Below are positions 7,390 to 16,105 of a DNA stretch of 64,000 bases, piece after piece. Numbering within the stretch: the first letter of the stretch is position 1; each line of letters opens with the position of its first letter. Below the pieces are notes generated by a model. That model was not told the DNA's origin, searched no databases, and saw only the letters and a program-made list of their open reading frames with translations. Origin of the DNA: Candidatus Daviesbacteria bacterium (GTDB taxonomy: Bacteria > Patescibacteriota > Microgenomatia > Daviesbacterales > UBA10151); assembly GCA_030699125.1 (NCBI GenBank), contig JAUYKM010000018.1, positions 34,884-98,883 on the forward strand, read 5' to 3'. The position numbers and the translations under genes are program-made.

Positions 7390-9486
7390 TTAACTCTCTG
7401 CACCTCCAGCACTTTGGGCAAAGTATTCTTCAGCATTTCTGACCAAAACATCACGCGGTTTAGATCCATCTCCCGGCCCAATAATTCCTGCCACCTCCAA
7501 CTCATCTATGATTCTGGCTGCTCTGGCATAACCCACTTTTAGCCTTCTTTGCAGAAGTGATGCAGAAGCCCGATCATATTGACAGACAGTTCTCACTGCC
7601 TCCTCAAATAATTCATCTCTCTCTCCGCCATTTCCTCTTCCTCGAAATCTACCAAGAGGCATTTCTGTTACCTCAGCTGTATATTCAGGCGCCACCCCCA
7701 GATCTTTTAAGTATTTAATGAGATTGTTAATCTCTGGATCATTAACCAAAACTCCCTGAATCCTTAATGGTTTGGAAGCATCGGGCGGCAAAAACAGCAT
7801 GTCTCCCCGTCCCAACAGTTTCTCCGCCCCCGGCTGATCAATAATTACCCTGGAATCAACCATGGATGAAACATTAAAGGCAATCCGGCAGGGAATATTG
7901 GCTTTAATCAGTCCAGTGATAACATCAACTGATGGGCGCTGGGTAGCCACCACCAAATGAATTCCTGTGGCCCGGGCCAGCTGGGCAATTCTGGTGATGG
8001 CATCCTCGATCTCAACAGGGGCAAACATCATCAAATCTGCCAGCTCATCAATGATGATGACAATATAGGGCAGGGCCTGAAAACCGGACATCTCATTATA
8101 TCCTGAGATATTTCTCACCCCCACTGACTGGAATAATTTATACCTTCTGTCCATCTCTGCCATGGCCCACTTTAGGGCTGATAATATTTTTTCCGGTTCT
8201 GTAATAACCGGTGTTAAAAGATGAGGAATACCGTTATAATTGGTCAACTCCACTCTTTTGGGATCAATTAAGATCATTTTCAACTCATCCGGCGAGTTCC
8301 TAAAAAGCAAAGACCCAATGACAGTATTAATCATGACTGATTTACCGCTCCCCGTAGTTCCGGCAATTAAACAGTGAGGCATTTTATCCAAATCCACAAT
8401 CACCGGGTTGGAAGAGGTATCTCTTCCTAGAGCCACAGCTAATTTAGATTTATGTTTGGCCATTTCATCAGAGCCCAGAATATTTTTTAGGCCCACCAAC
8501 TCTAAAGAGCGGTTTGGTACCTCAATTCCCACCAATGATTTACCAGGAATGGGAGCTTCAATCCTGACTGTTCCGGTAGGGGTGGCCAGAGCCAAAGCAA
8601 TATCGTGTTGCAGATTGGCAATTTTGGAAATTTTAGTACCGGCAGAGATTCTTAAGGCATATTGAGTGACAGCTGGACCGCCATTAACCTCTGCCACATC
8701 CGCCTGGATTCCAAATGAATCCAAAGTTTTTTCAATAATATCTGCATTCTTTTTGACATCACCACGTTCTGCTTGAGCACCAGTTTTGTCGGAAAGCAGT
8801 GAAAGTGAAGGGTATTTCCATACCTTTGTTTGTCCTGCCACGTTTTGTACCAATACATCAGAGATGACATTATCTTTAGCAGGAGGTGGCGATGCTCTCA
8901 CAGGTCTATCATCCAAACCGGATACTTTAATGGGAATATGTTTAGCTTCAAAAGTTCTTTGTCTTGATAAAATTGGCTGTACAAGCTTCTCCTTAAAGAA
9001 TTTGAAAATCAAAAAAAATATGGCAAAAATCTGACCTAAAGAGGTATTAAATAACACTACCAATCCCACCAAAAATACCAAACCCAAAACAGCTACTGCC
9101 CCTAGTGGGGTGACAAAAGATGAGAGTTGTTGCCAAAGAGTCAACCCCAATGTACCTGCCCGATCAACTGAAACAGGGGCTGTCAAACCGGCCAAAGAAA
9201 AAATAATTAATAAAAGACCCAATAAAACATTGGTTTGGACAAATTTCCATCTTACTTTAGTCAATACCAAACCGCAAAGCAAAAAAACTAATGGTGAAAA
9301 AATACTGGTCCAACCAAATATCCTATTTAATAGATCTCTCCAAAAATTTAGCATAGCTGATTCTGTACTAATTGAGATAATGGAAAGAATGGCCAAAAGA
9401 AAAGCGATCAGGCTTCCTACTGCTGTAATAGTTTTTTGTCTTAATCTTAATTTGGGTAATCTGTAAATAGATCTTCTGCGTGACAT
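7390..9486 (-). CDS. ftsK: DNA translocase FtsK
   Basis: 698 aa. N-terminal multi-TM region, Walker A GTTGSGKSV, and the FtsK motor and gamma domains. Confidence 0.9.
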   Translation of the reverse strand: MSRRRSIYRLPKLRLRQKTITAVGSLIAFLLAILSIISISTESAMLNFWRDLLNRIFGWTSIFSPLVFLLCGLVLTKVRWKFVQTNVLLGLLLIIFSLAGLTAPVSVDRAGTLGLTLWQQLSSFVTPLGAVAVLGLVFLVGLVVLFNTSLGQIFAIFFLIFKFFKEKLVQPILSRQRTFEAKHIPIKVSGLDDRPVRASPPPAKDNVISDVLVQNVAGQTKVWKYPSLSLLSDKTGAQAERGDVKKNADIIEKTLDSFGIQADVAEVNGGPAVTQYALRISAGTKISKIANLQHDIALALATPTGTVRIEAPIPGKSLVGIEVPNRSLELVGLKNILGSDEMAKHKSKLAVALGRDTSSNPVIVDLDKMPHCLIAGTTGSGKSVMINTVIGSLLFRNSPDELKMILIDPKRVELTNYNGIPHLLTPVITEPEKILSALKWAMAEMDRRYKLFQSVGVRNISGYNEMSGFQALPYIVIIIDELADLMMFAPVEIEDAITRIAQLARATGIHLVVATQRPSVDVITGLIKANIPCRIAFNVSSMVDSRVIIDQPGAEKLLGRGDMLFLPPDASKPLRIQGVLVNDPEINNLIKYLKDLGVAPEYTAEVTEMPLGRFRGRGNGGERDELFEEAVRTVCQYDRASASLLQRRLKVGYARAARIIDELEVAGIIGPGDGSKPRDVLVRNAEEYFAQSAGGAES

Positions 9487-9531
9487 ATCTATGTTATATC
9501 TGTTTAACTATTATACCACACTATGGGCCAA

Positions 9532-11202
9532 CTATACTTCTACCACCATCGGTAAAATCAGAGGCCTTCTTTCTGTAATCTGATCAAAATATTTATCTAA
9601 AGAGTCCTCGATCATTCTTCTGATAAATCTCCAGTCGGAAATTTTATGAGAATGTTTTTCCAAAGTTTGTTTAACAATTAAACGTGCTTCGTTCAATAGA
9701 TCCTCCGCAATCTCCCCAAAGACAAATCCCCTGGAGATCACATCAGGTTCTGAGGTCAATTTACCTGTTTGTTGATCTATAGAAACAACAACCACCACCA
9801 CGCCTTCCTCACTCATTTTTTGTCTGTCTCTTAAGACAACACTGCCAATATCACCAATCCCCAATCCATCCACAAAGACATTTTGCACCTCAATCCTTCC
9901 TTCTATTCTAGCTTGTCCATTTTTAATATGTAAAATTTCTCCATCCATCATTTTCAAAACATGATCCTGTTCATAGCCTAACTCAAACATTTGATTTCCA
10001 AATATATCCATGTGTCTAAATGTGCCTCCAATCGGCATTAGGTATTTTGGTTTTATTAAGTTGACCATAAGCTTCAACTCTTCCGATGCAGCATGACCGG
10101 ATACATGAAGATCTGAGGTAATAGCAGAGTAAATCACGTGTACCCCCAATCTGCTTAGGGAATCAATTAAAGCATTCTGGGCAGATTCCGTAGAGGGAAT
10201 AGGATCGGCCGAAAAAACTACTGTGTCACCTTTTATAAGTTTTACCTGTTTATGTTCTTCATTGGCGAGTCTAACCAAAGAGGAGTCAGACTGACCCTGA
10301 GCGCCGGCAATTAAAATCAGTAACTTTTTGGGAGCATGCGAGGAAATAGCATCAGAGGCAACCACCAGTCCTGCCGGAACAGCCAAATACCCTAAGTCTC
10401 TGGCAATTTGAAAGTTTTTCTCAAATGAACGGCCGACCACAGCCACCTTCCGTCCCAATTTTTGGGCCACATTTATTGCTTGTTGCATCCGGGAAACATT
10501 TGATGAAGTCATGGTGATAAACAGTTTACCTTGAGTCTCTTGTGCTGCTTTTTCAAAAGTTGGCTCAATTGATTTTTCCGATTTATTAAAACCGGGTTTA
10601 TCAATCCTTAAACAATCAATTAAAAGAAGCAGTACCCCTTCTTTGCCTAAACTGGCAGCTTGGGCCACATCAGTGACCTGTCCGGAAACAGGAGTCCAGT
10701 CAATCTTAAAATCTGCCTGGTGAATAATTAAACCAACCGGGGTCCTAATGACAATGCCTGTTGAATCTGGTACTGAGTGTGAAACCTGATAAAATGAAAC
10801 CTTAAATACCCCTAGATCCAATTTTTGATCAATTTTAACCTCAATAACTTTATTCTTAGGCAAATTATGTTCAATAAATTTAGACCTGATAAATCCGGCT
10901 GTTAATCTTTGGGTATAGATGGGTGCGTTTAGTTCCGGCCAAATAAAAGGCAATCCACCAATATGATCCTCATGTCCGTGAGTGATGATAATCCCTCTAA
11001 TTTTATGCTTTTTATCACGAAGGTAGGAAATATCAGGGATAACCAGATCTACTCCCGGCATGGCCTCATCAGGAAAACCTACCCCGCAATCCACAATCAG
11101 GATATCATCTCCATATTCATACACATACATATTTTTGGTGACATCACCCACACCACCTAAGGGAATTAATTTGAGAGTCTGATGATCATGGGCAGCATTC
11201 AT
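9532..11202 (-). CDS. rnj: Ribonuclease J (metallo-beta-lactamase/beta-CASP RNase)
   Basis: 556 aa. HGHEDHIGG motif and RNase J domain order. Confidence 0.9.
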   Translation of the reverse strand: MNAAHDHQTLKLIPLGGVGDVTKNMYVYEYGDDILIVDCGVGFPDEAMPGVDLVIPDISYLRDKKHKIRGIIITHGHEDHIGGLPFIWPELNAPIYTQRLTAGFIRSKFIEHNLPKNKVIEVKIDQKLDLGVFKVSFYQVSHSVPDSTGIVIRTPVGLIIHQADFKIDWTPVSGQVTDVAQAASLGKEGVLLLLIDCLRIDKPGFNKSEKSIEPTFEKAAQETQGKLFITMTSSNVSRMQQAINVAQKLGRKVAVVGRSFEKNFQIARDLGYLAVPAGLVVASDAISSHAPKKLLILIAGAQGQSDSSLVRLANEEHKQVKLIKGDTVVFSADPIPSTESAQNALIDSLSRLGVHVIYSAITSDLHVSGHAASEELKLMVNLIKPKYLMPIGGTFRHMDIFGNQMFELGYEQDHVLKMMDGEILHIKNGQARIEGRIEVQNVFVDGLGIGDIGSVVLRDRQKMSEEGVVVVVVSIDQQTGKLTSEPDVISRGFVFGEIAEDLLNEARLIVKQTLEKHSHKISDWRFIRRMIEDSLDKYFDQITERRPLILPMVVEV

Positions 11203-11211
11203 AGGTTTAAT

Positions 11212-13536
11212 TTAAAAATTGCTGTCTCTTTTTTTGAATTTAGAGAATTTGGCTCTGGTTCTATCAAAAGGACCCTTGCTGCCAAAATCTCTTTTGGGAA
11301 ATCTGTCTCTTCTGGGGCGAAATCCATCTCTTCCGCTACCAAAAGGTCTTCTCTCACCTCTACCCATACCTTGTGGTCTTCCCTCAGACGGACGGAAGCG
11401 AGGTCTACTCTCAGTTTCCATCTTTCTATCTTCACCAAAAAGCATTGACAATCCTACCTTTCCTTCTGGAGAGACATCAGTTACTCTGACCTTGACTTCC
11501 TGTCCCTCAGAGACAACATCCTCTGCTTTCTCAACACGTCCCGGAGCCATCTGAGAAATATGCACCAGACCATCTTTACCAGGAGCAATTTCTACAAAAG
11601 CTCCGAACGGAGCCAATCTGACCACTTTACCCGTAAATTCATCTCCTATATTAATCTCCTTAAACATACCATTGATCGCATCCAAAGCCTGATCAACACT
11701 TTCACTCCTTACAGCCGAGACCATCACTGTACCATCATCCTCGATATCAATCTGAGCTCCTGTTTTATTAATAATAGAATTAATAGTCTTACCTCCTGAA
11801 CCAATTAACAGTCCAATCTCTTCCGGCTTAATATGTATAATCTCCACTCTGGGGGCATGGGGAGACAAGGGACCTGCTGATGGAATCACCTTCTCCATTT
11901 CTTCTAAGATTTTTAATCTGGCATTTTTACCTAATCTTAAAGCTTCCTCAATAATTTCAAAAGTTAATCCTTCTAATTTTGTATCCATTTGAATTGCGGT
12001 AATACCATTTTTAGTACCGGCCACTTTAAAATCCATTTCTCCATAAAAATCCTCCACTGCCCTCATATCTGTCACCACCTGGAATTTTCCACGTCCTGAG
12101 CCTGTCGAAGGATTATCATCGGAAAAAAGTCCCATGGCAATTCCGGCAACCGGGGCAATAAGTGGTACTCCAGCATTTAGAAGAGCTAGGGTGGTTGAAC
12201 AAACTGAGGCTTGAGAAGTTGAAGCATTGGCTGCCAAAACCTCCGATACTACCCTGATAGCATAGGGGAATGTATTCTCATCTGGAATAACAGACACCAT
12301 AGCTTTTTCCACCAAGGCCCCATGTCCTACGTCCCGTCTGTTGGGAGCACCAATCCTTTTTACCTCACCTACGGAAAAAGGATTAATACTCATATTATAG
12401 TGATGCATGAATCTTTTTTGCCTTTCTCCTTCCATGCCGTCTAATGTTTGCTGCAGAGACGGAGCACCAAGGGTGGCAACTGATAAAACTTGGGTATCAC
12501 CCCTTTGGAAAAGAGCTGATCCGTGGGTTCTGGGTAAAAGTCCCACCTCCATTGACAGAGGTCTCACCTCATCCATGGCTCTGCCATCAACTCTTTTGTC
12601 TTTTCCTAAGACTGTTTCATGTACAATCTCTTTAGCCACCTTATCGAAAATTCCGGAAATTATCTCGGCAGTTAAGGTCTCTTTATATTTTTCTGCCAAC
12701 TCTCTTTTAATCAGATTTCCTGTTGCTTCATGCCAGGGATGTTCATTATCAAATAAAGCAGCTTCAATCCTCTCTTTAGTCAGTTTAGTTACTTCCCCAA
12801 GCAAGGCTTCTTCCAAAGCATCTTCCAAATGTGAAATTTCTTGTTTATCCTTTCCTGCTTCCTTAGTAAATTCTTCAATTAGCTCAATAATTGGTTGGGC
12901 ACTTTTATGAGCTTCCTTAATTCCTTCAAAAACAACTGAATCATCTATTTGCTTGGCTCCTGTTTCTATCATGACCACTTTATTTTTACCTGAGGCCACC
13001 ACCAGATCCATATCCAGATGTTCCATCTGGGAGATGGTTGGATCAACTACTAGATTTCCTTCCTTACTGCCGATTCTTATTCCGGCAATAGGTCCATTCC
13101 AGGGAACAGAAGATATAGAAAGTGCAGCGGATGCTCCAATTAGACCTACCAAGTCAGGATCATTGTCTTGATCAATTGATAAAACAGTTAAAATTACCTG
13201 TACCTCATGCGCTTTAAAATCTTTAGGGAAAAGTGGCCTGATGGAGCGGTCTATTAATCTGCCTGTTAAAACTGCTTCATCAGTAGGTCTTGTTTCTCTT
13301 TTAATGAATCTGGATGAAGAAATCCTCCCTCCAGCATAATGTTTTTCCACAAATTCCACAGAGAGCGGAAAGTAGCCAATATCCTCCAGTAGTGGCTGGG
13401 TGGCCACAGTTGCTAAAATCACTGTTTCTCCCCATGACACTACAACAGATGCATCTGCTTGCAAAGCCAGCTTACCGGTCTCCAGTTTTAACTTTCGACC
13501 GTTTAAATCAATTTCTTTAGTTACCATTTTACTCAT
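11212..13536 (-). CDS. pnp: Polyribonucleotide nucleotidyltransferase (PNPase) with an R/G-rich C-terminal tail
   Basis: 774 aa. Two RNase PH domains plus KH and S1 domains, N-terminus MSKMVTKEIDLNGRKL, and a C-terminal RG-rich extension. Confidence 0.95.
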   Translation of the reverse strand: MSKMVTKEIDLNGRKLKLETGKLALQADASVVVSWGETVILATVATQPLLEDIGYFPLSVEFVEKHYAGGRISSSRFIKRETRPTDEAVLTGRLIDRSIRPLFPKDFKAHEVQVILTVLSIDQDNDPDLVGLIGASAALSISSVPWNGPIAGIRIGSKEGNLVVDPTISQMEHLDMDLVVASGKNKVVMIETGAKQIDDSVVFEGIKEAHKSAQPIIELIEEFTKEAGKDKQEISHLEDALEEALLGEVTKLTKERIEAALFDNEHPWHEATGNLIKRELAEKYKETLTAEIISGIFDKVAKEIVHETVLGKDKRVDGRAMDEVRPLSMEVGLLPRTHGSALFQRGDTQVLSVATLGAPSLQQTLDGMEGERQKRFMHHYNMSINPFSVGEVKRIGAPNRRDVGHGALVEKAMVSVIPDENTFPYAIRVVSEVLAANASTSQASVCSTTLALLNAGVPLIAPVAGIAMGLFSDDNPSTGSGRGKFQVVTDMRAVEDFYGEMDFKVAGTKNGITAIQMDTKLEGLTFEIIEEALRLGKNARLKILEEMEKVIPSAGPLSPHAPRVEIIHIKPEEIGLLIGSGGKTINSIINKTGAQIDIEDDGTVMVSAVRSESVDQALDAINGMFKEINIGDEFTGKVVRLAPFGAFVEIAPGKDGLVHISQMAPGRVEKAEDVVSEGQEVKVRVTDVSPEGKVGLSMLFGEDRKMETESRPRFRPSEGRPQGMGRGERRPFGSGRDGFRPRRDRFPKRDFGSKGPFDRTRAKFSKFKKRDSNF

Positions 13537-13571
13537 AAATTTTTTTAGGGGGTTTGGAAACTGTGGAAGAG

Positions 13572-13656
13572 ATAATTAGTCTTCAGCTTTCAGTCTTCAG
13601 TTATCAGATTTTTTGTTTCCCAGTCTGATAGCTGATAGCTGACGTCTGATTGCTAC
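13572..13656. repeat. Heptamer-periodic imperfect palindromic element A in the rpsO-pnp spacer (the pnp 5' leader). Its core is near-identical to element B at 40984..41061.
   Basis: On the minus strand it reads (NNNTCAG)n - A-rich loop - (CTGANNN)n - CTAATTAT. A 29-31 nt block ctgaagactgaaagctgaagactaattat is identical to element B in the same orientation relative to the downstream gene. Confidence 0.7.
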
Positions 13657-13688
13657 TTAACTCTTTGCAATCTCCAAAACCCTGCCCA

Positions 13689-13958
13689 CTATCTAGATAA
13701 ACCAAGCTTATTAATTACCATTGTATATCTTTCATTATCTTTTTTAAATAAGTATTGCAAAAGTCTTCTTCTTTTATTAACCATAGATAACAGCCCACGG
13801 CGTGAGTGTATATCGTGTGGATGTTCTTTTAAATGAGCAGTTAAATTCTTAATCTGTTCAGACAAAAGAGCAACCTGAACCTCAGGAGATCCGGTATCAC
13901 CGGACTTGGTGGCAAAACCCTTAATGATTTGCTGTTTTACTTTTGGATCAAGTGGCAT
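13689..13958 (-). CDS. rpsO: 30S ribosomal protein S15
   Basis: 89 aa, a typical S15 sequence. In the conserved rpsO-pnp arrangement. Confidence 0.95.
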   Translation of the reverse strand: MPLDPKVKQQIIKGFATKSGDTGSPEVQVALLSEQIKNLTAHLKEHPHDIHSRRGLLSMVNKRRRLLQYLFKKDNERYTMVINKLGLSR

Positions 13959-14137
13959 CGTAAATCCTTTCTGTGGAACAACTTTGATGCCAAAGTCGTC
14001 CTTAAGTTAATGTTTGAGGTATTTTAACAGAAACTTTTAAAATATGCAAATTTATGCATCATGACAGCATGAAGCGATATATTACTTCCAAACCAGATGT
14101 TATGGGTGCAGTGATTTCGGTGATCTCGATCCTTGTT

Positions 14138-14893
14138 TTAAGCTTTTTTGACTCCCTCAAAGCGACCACCTAAGTACGGATAGCGAGTATCCAGACTCCA
14201 GATCCAATAGACCCCCAAGCTGCCATCCGAATAGAAGCGGGCGCCGCCCACCTCACCCTTGCGGCGAGACCCAAGCAAACGAACCCAACCTGCTTTATCC
14301 AAACCTAATTCATCAAAATAATGGCCTGTTAGATCCTTACTGTTTTGTGAACCAATAATATAAGCTGTCAGTCTTTGGCCTTTCCAGTGATTTTGTTTTG
14401 CCAATTCTTCCAGATCTTTCCGGTTGGTTCCAGTGTAAGGGGTTTGCCAACCTGATTCAATATCAAACCAACCTCCTCTACTATCTGTGTGTTTAACTGG
14501 GGTTCCTGCTTTAACAACCCAACTACCCATTTGTGGATGCATCTTGCCCAATAAAATCAAACCTGCGGGTGTAGCTGTTAATTCTGATGGCATATATATC
14601 GGTGCTCTCGGAACTTGCAAATGTTCCATATCTACAATTTCATCTCGATGATAAGGACTATCTGGTACCTCAATCTTTAAACCAACTTTTGACCCTAATA
14701 CACTCCATCTAGTTCGCCAGTATTCAGTCACAACTTCTGGAGTGTGTGGTTTGGTTTTAAATTCTGCTACCGCCTGTTCAAGTAGACCCAGGGTTCTTTG
14801 GGATTCTTCTACAGCCTTAAGTTGGTCAAGCTCTACCAGTTCTCGTCTAAATGCTCCGTCTGCTTCTAGTAGCCTTTCTTTATGTTGCGTCAT
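14138..14893 (-). CDS. Hypothetical protein. Its GC content is markedly higher than its neighbours, making it a candidate horizontally acquired gene.
   Basis: 251 aa with an N-terminal coiled coil and a W/G/R-rich C-terminal domain (WFDIESGWQTPYTGTNRKDL...RFYSDGSLGVYWIWSLD). Local DNA is roughly 50% GC versus the mid-30s% around it, estimated by eye. Confidence 0.6.
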   Translation of the reverse strand: MTQHKERLLEADGAFRRELVELDQLKAVEESQRTLGLLEQAVAEFKTKPHTPEVVTEYWRTRWSVLGSKVGLKIEVPDSPYHRDEIVDMEHLQVPRAPIYMPSELTATPAGLILLGKMHPQMGSWVVKAGTPVKHTDSRGGWFDIESGWQTPYTGTNRKDLEELAKQNHWKGQRLTAYIIGSQNSKDLTGHYFDELGLDKAGWVRLLGSRRKGEVGGARFYSDGSLGVYWIWSLDTRYPYLGGRFEGVKKA

Positions 14894-14928
14894 ATTATCG
14901 TGAATTTAACATATTATAGGATCTTTTG

Positions 14929-15930
14929 TCAACCTAATGATGAGCCTTTAAAGATTTTGGGGGTGAGCCAATCCGGTTCCGGGGTTTCAGAAACTACCCT
15001 TTCTCCTGCTGGTCTTTCTTCAGGTGAAGGTTGGATCTGATCATTACCTGTTGCTGAAGAGGTTTGAGTCACAGAAGGGGTAACAAATTCATCAACAACT
15101 TGGGCCTCTTGAGGAGATGGAGGAATAAGAGAACTTAAATCTAAACCGCGCTTTTCTCCCGGCTGATTTATTACTGATGGTTTCTTTCCCCCTGCTCTTA
15201 AAAGATTGGCCATTACCATATATGTGTCTGCATTTACTTGCGGATTAGTCAGATTGGTTGTTGATTCAAACACTCCAGCTAAAAGATTGCTTGCAGTATC
15301 CGCATCTAAAGAATACCCCAGATCAGCAATTAAATTGGCCATTACTTCTGCTAAACATGATGCGTTTGTATCCAACACATTAGTTTGTCCAAAGCCGGTA
15401 TTGGCGCTTTGGGTATCAATATTCACTATATGCACTCCGGAAAACTTTTGTTGATTTTGCCTATAGATTGAACCTAAACTGTCCAAGTTAGCAGCACCAA
15501 TTACAAAAACTAGATTAAATCCACTTCCCTGATAGTGAGGTACAATTTTAGTTGGCTGAAAAGTCTGACCTGACAGAACATGAAAAACTAAATTCAAGTT
15601 ATTATCTTGAGCAAACCAGTCTAATTTTTCCAATGCAGGGATAGTACCATCAGATGAGGCTACACCTTCCAGGCTAATTGTTAAGTTCCCACCTTCTGTA
15701 GAAGGTAAAGTCTTTTGAACATGATCAATCCCAAAAAGATAGGATTGTCCCACCCTAATAGTATCTTCACAAACTATGCTGATTTCTTTACCAGCTGCCT
15801 CCAGGATTAAAAATAACGCCAATCCGGCAGATAATTTATCAATATTTGCATTAGCAGGCAACGCAATTAAAATATTTTTGGCAGTTGGCAGAAGATTTTT
15901 CAGCTCAGTAATCTGACTATCGTATTTCAT
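14929..15930 (-). CDS. DHH/DHHA1-like phosphoesterase homolog with degenerate catalytic motifs and a disordered P/S/T-rich C-terminal tail
   Basis: 333 aa. The N-terminus ILIALPANANIDKLSAGLALFLILEAAGKE matches the NrnA-type DHH layout, but DGD and DHH are replaced (NID, NIDTQ). Confidence 0.4.
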   Translation of the reverse strand: MKYDSQITELKNLLPTAKNILIALPANANIDKLSAGLALFLILEAAGKEISIVCEDTIRVGQSYLFGIDHVQKTLPSTEGGNLTISLEGVASSDGTIPALEKLDWFAQDNNLNLVFHVLSGQTFQPTKIVPHYQGSGFNLVFVIGAANLDSLGSIYRQNQQKFSGVHIVNIDTQSANTGFGQTNVLDTNASCLAEVMANLIADLGYSLDADTASNLLAGVFESTTNLTNPQVNADTYMVMANLLRAGGKKPSVINQPGEKRGLDLSSLIPPSPQEAQVVDEFVTPSVTQTSSATGNDQIQPSPEERPAGERVVSETPEPDWLTPKIFKGSSLG

Positions 15931-16105
15931 TGTGCTTGAATTCTACCTTAATATCCCATAAAAATCAAGTCTGCGCAGATTTTTATAGTCCACGTCTATA
16001 ATTGCAAGCGTAGCCAAGTCTAACTTGGCGTAGCGCAGCAATTACTCAGCAGAGCGCTAATTGCAAGCTGTATGTTACAATCTACCTGATCATACCCGAT
16101 CATAA
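15931..16105. promoter_or_regulatory. Divergent intergenic region with direct repeats (taattgcaagc x2, gcgtagc x2) flanking the hairpin gccaag-tcta-cttggc. Candidate operator and divergent promoters.
   Basis: Repeats read directly. The region lies between a minus-strand and a plus-strand gene start. Confidence 0.3.

Noticed and set aside
7390-13536. Numerous 60-170 aa ORFs nested in or antisense to ftsK, RNase J and pnp (e.g. 8408..8665, 8786..9034, 9110..9466, 12407..12910)
   Set aside because: All lie fully within strongly supported long CDSs on the opposite strand or frame. Their compositions are antisense-like and no motifs are visible.
13572-13656. Interpreting elements A and B as a diversity-generating retroelement (TR/VR pair) or a retron
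   Set aside because: There is no reverse-transcriptase gene in the window. The copies lie in 5' leaders, not at a target-gene C-terminus, and the differences are not adenine-specific.
14138-14893. Assigning the GC-rich orphan protein to the TNT/ADP-ribosyltransferase toxin family
   Set aside because: Only a vague resemblance in a G/R/F-rich stretch. No reliable motif match can be made by eye, so the gene is left as hypothetical.
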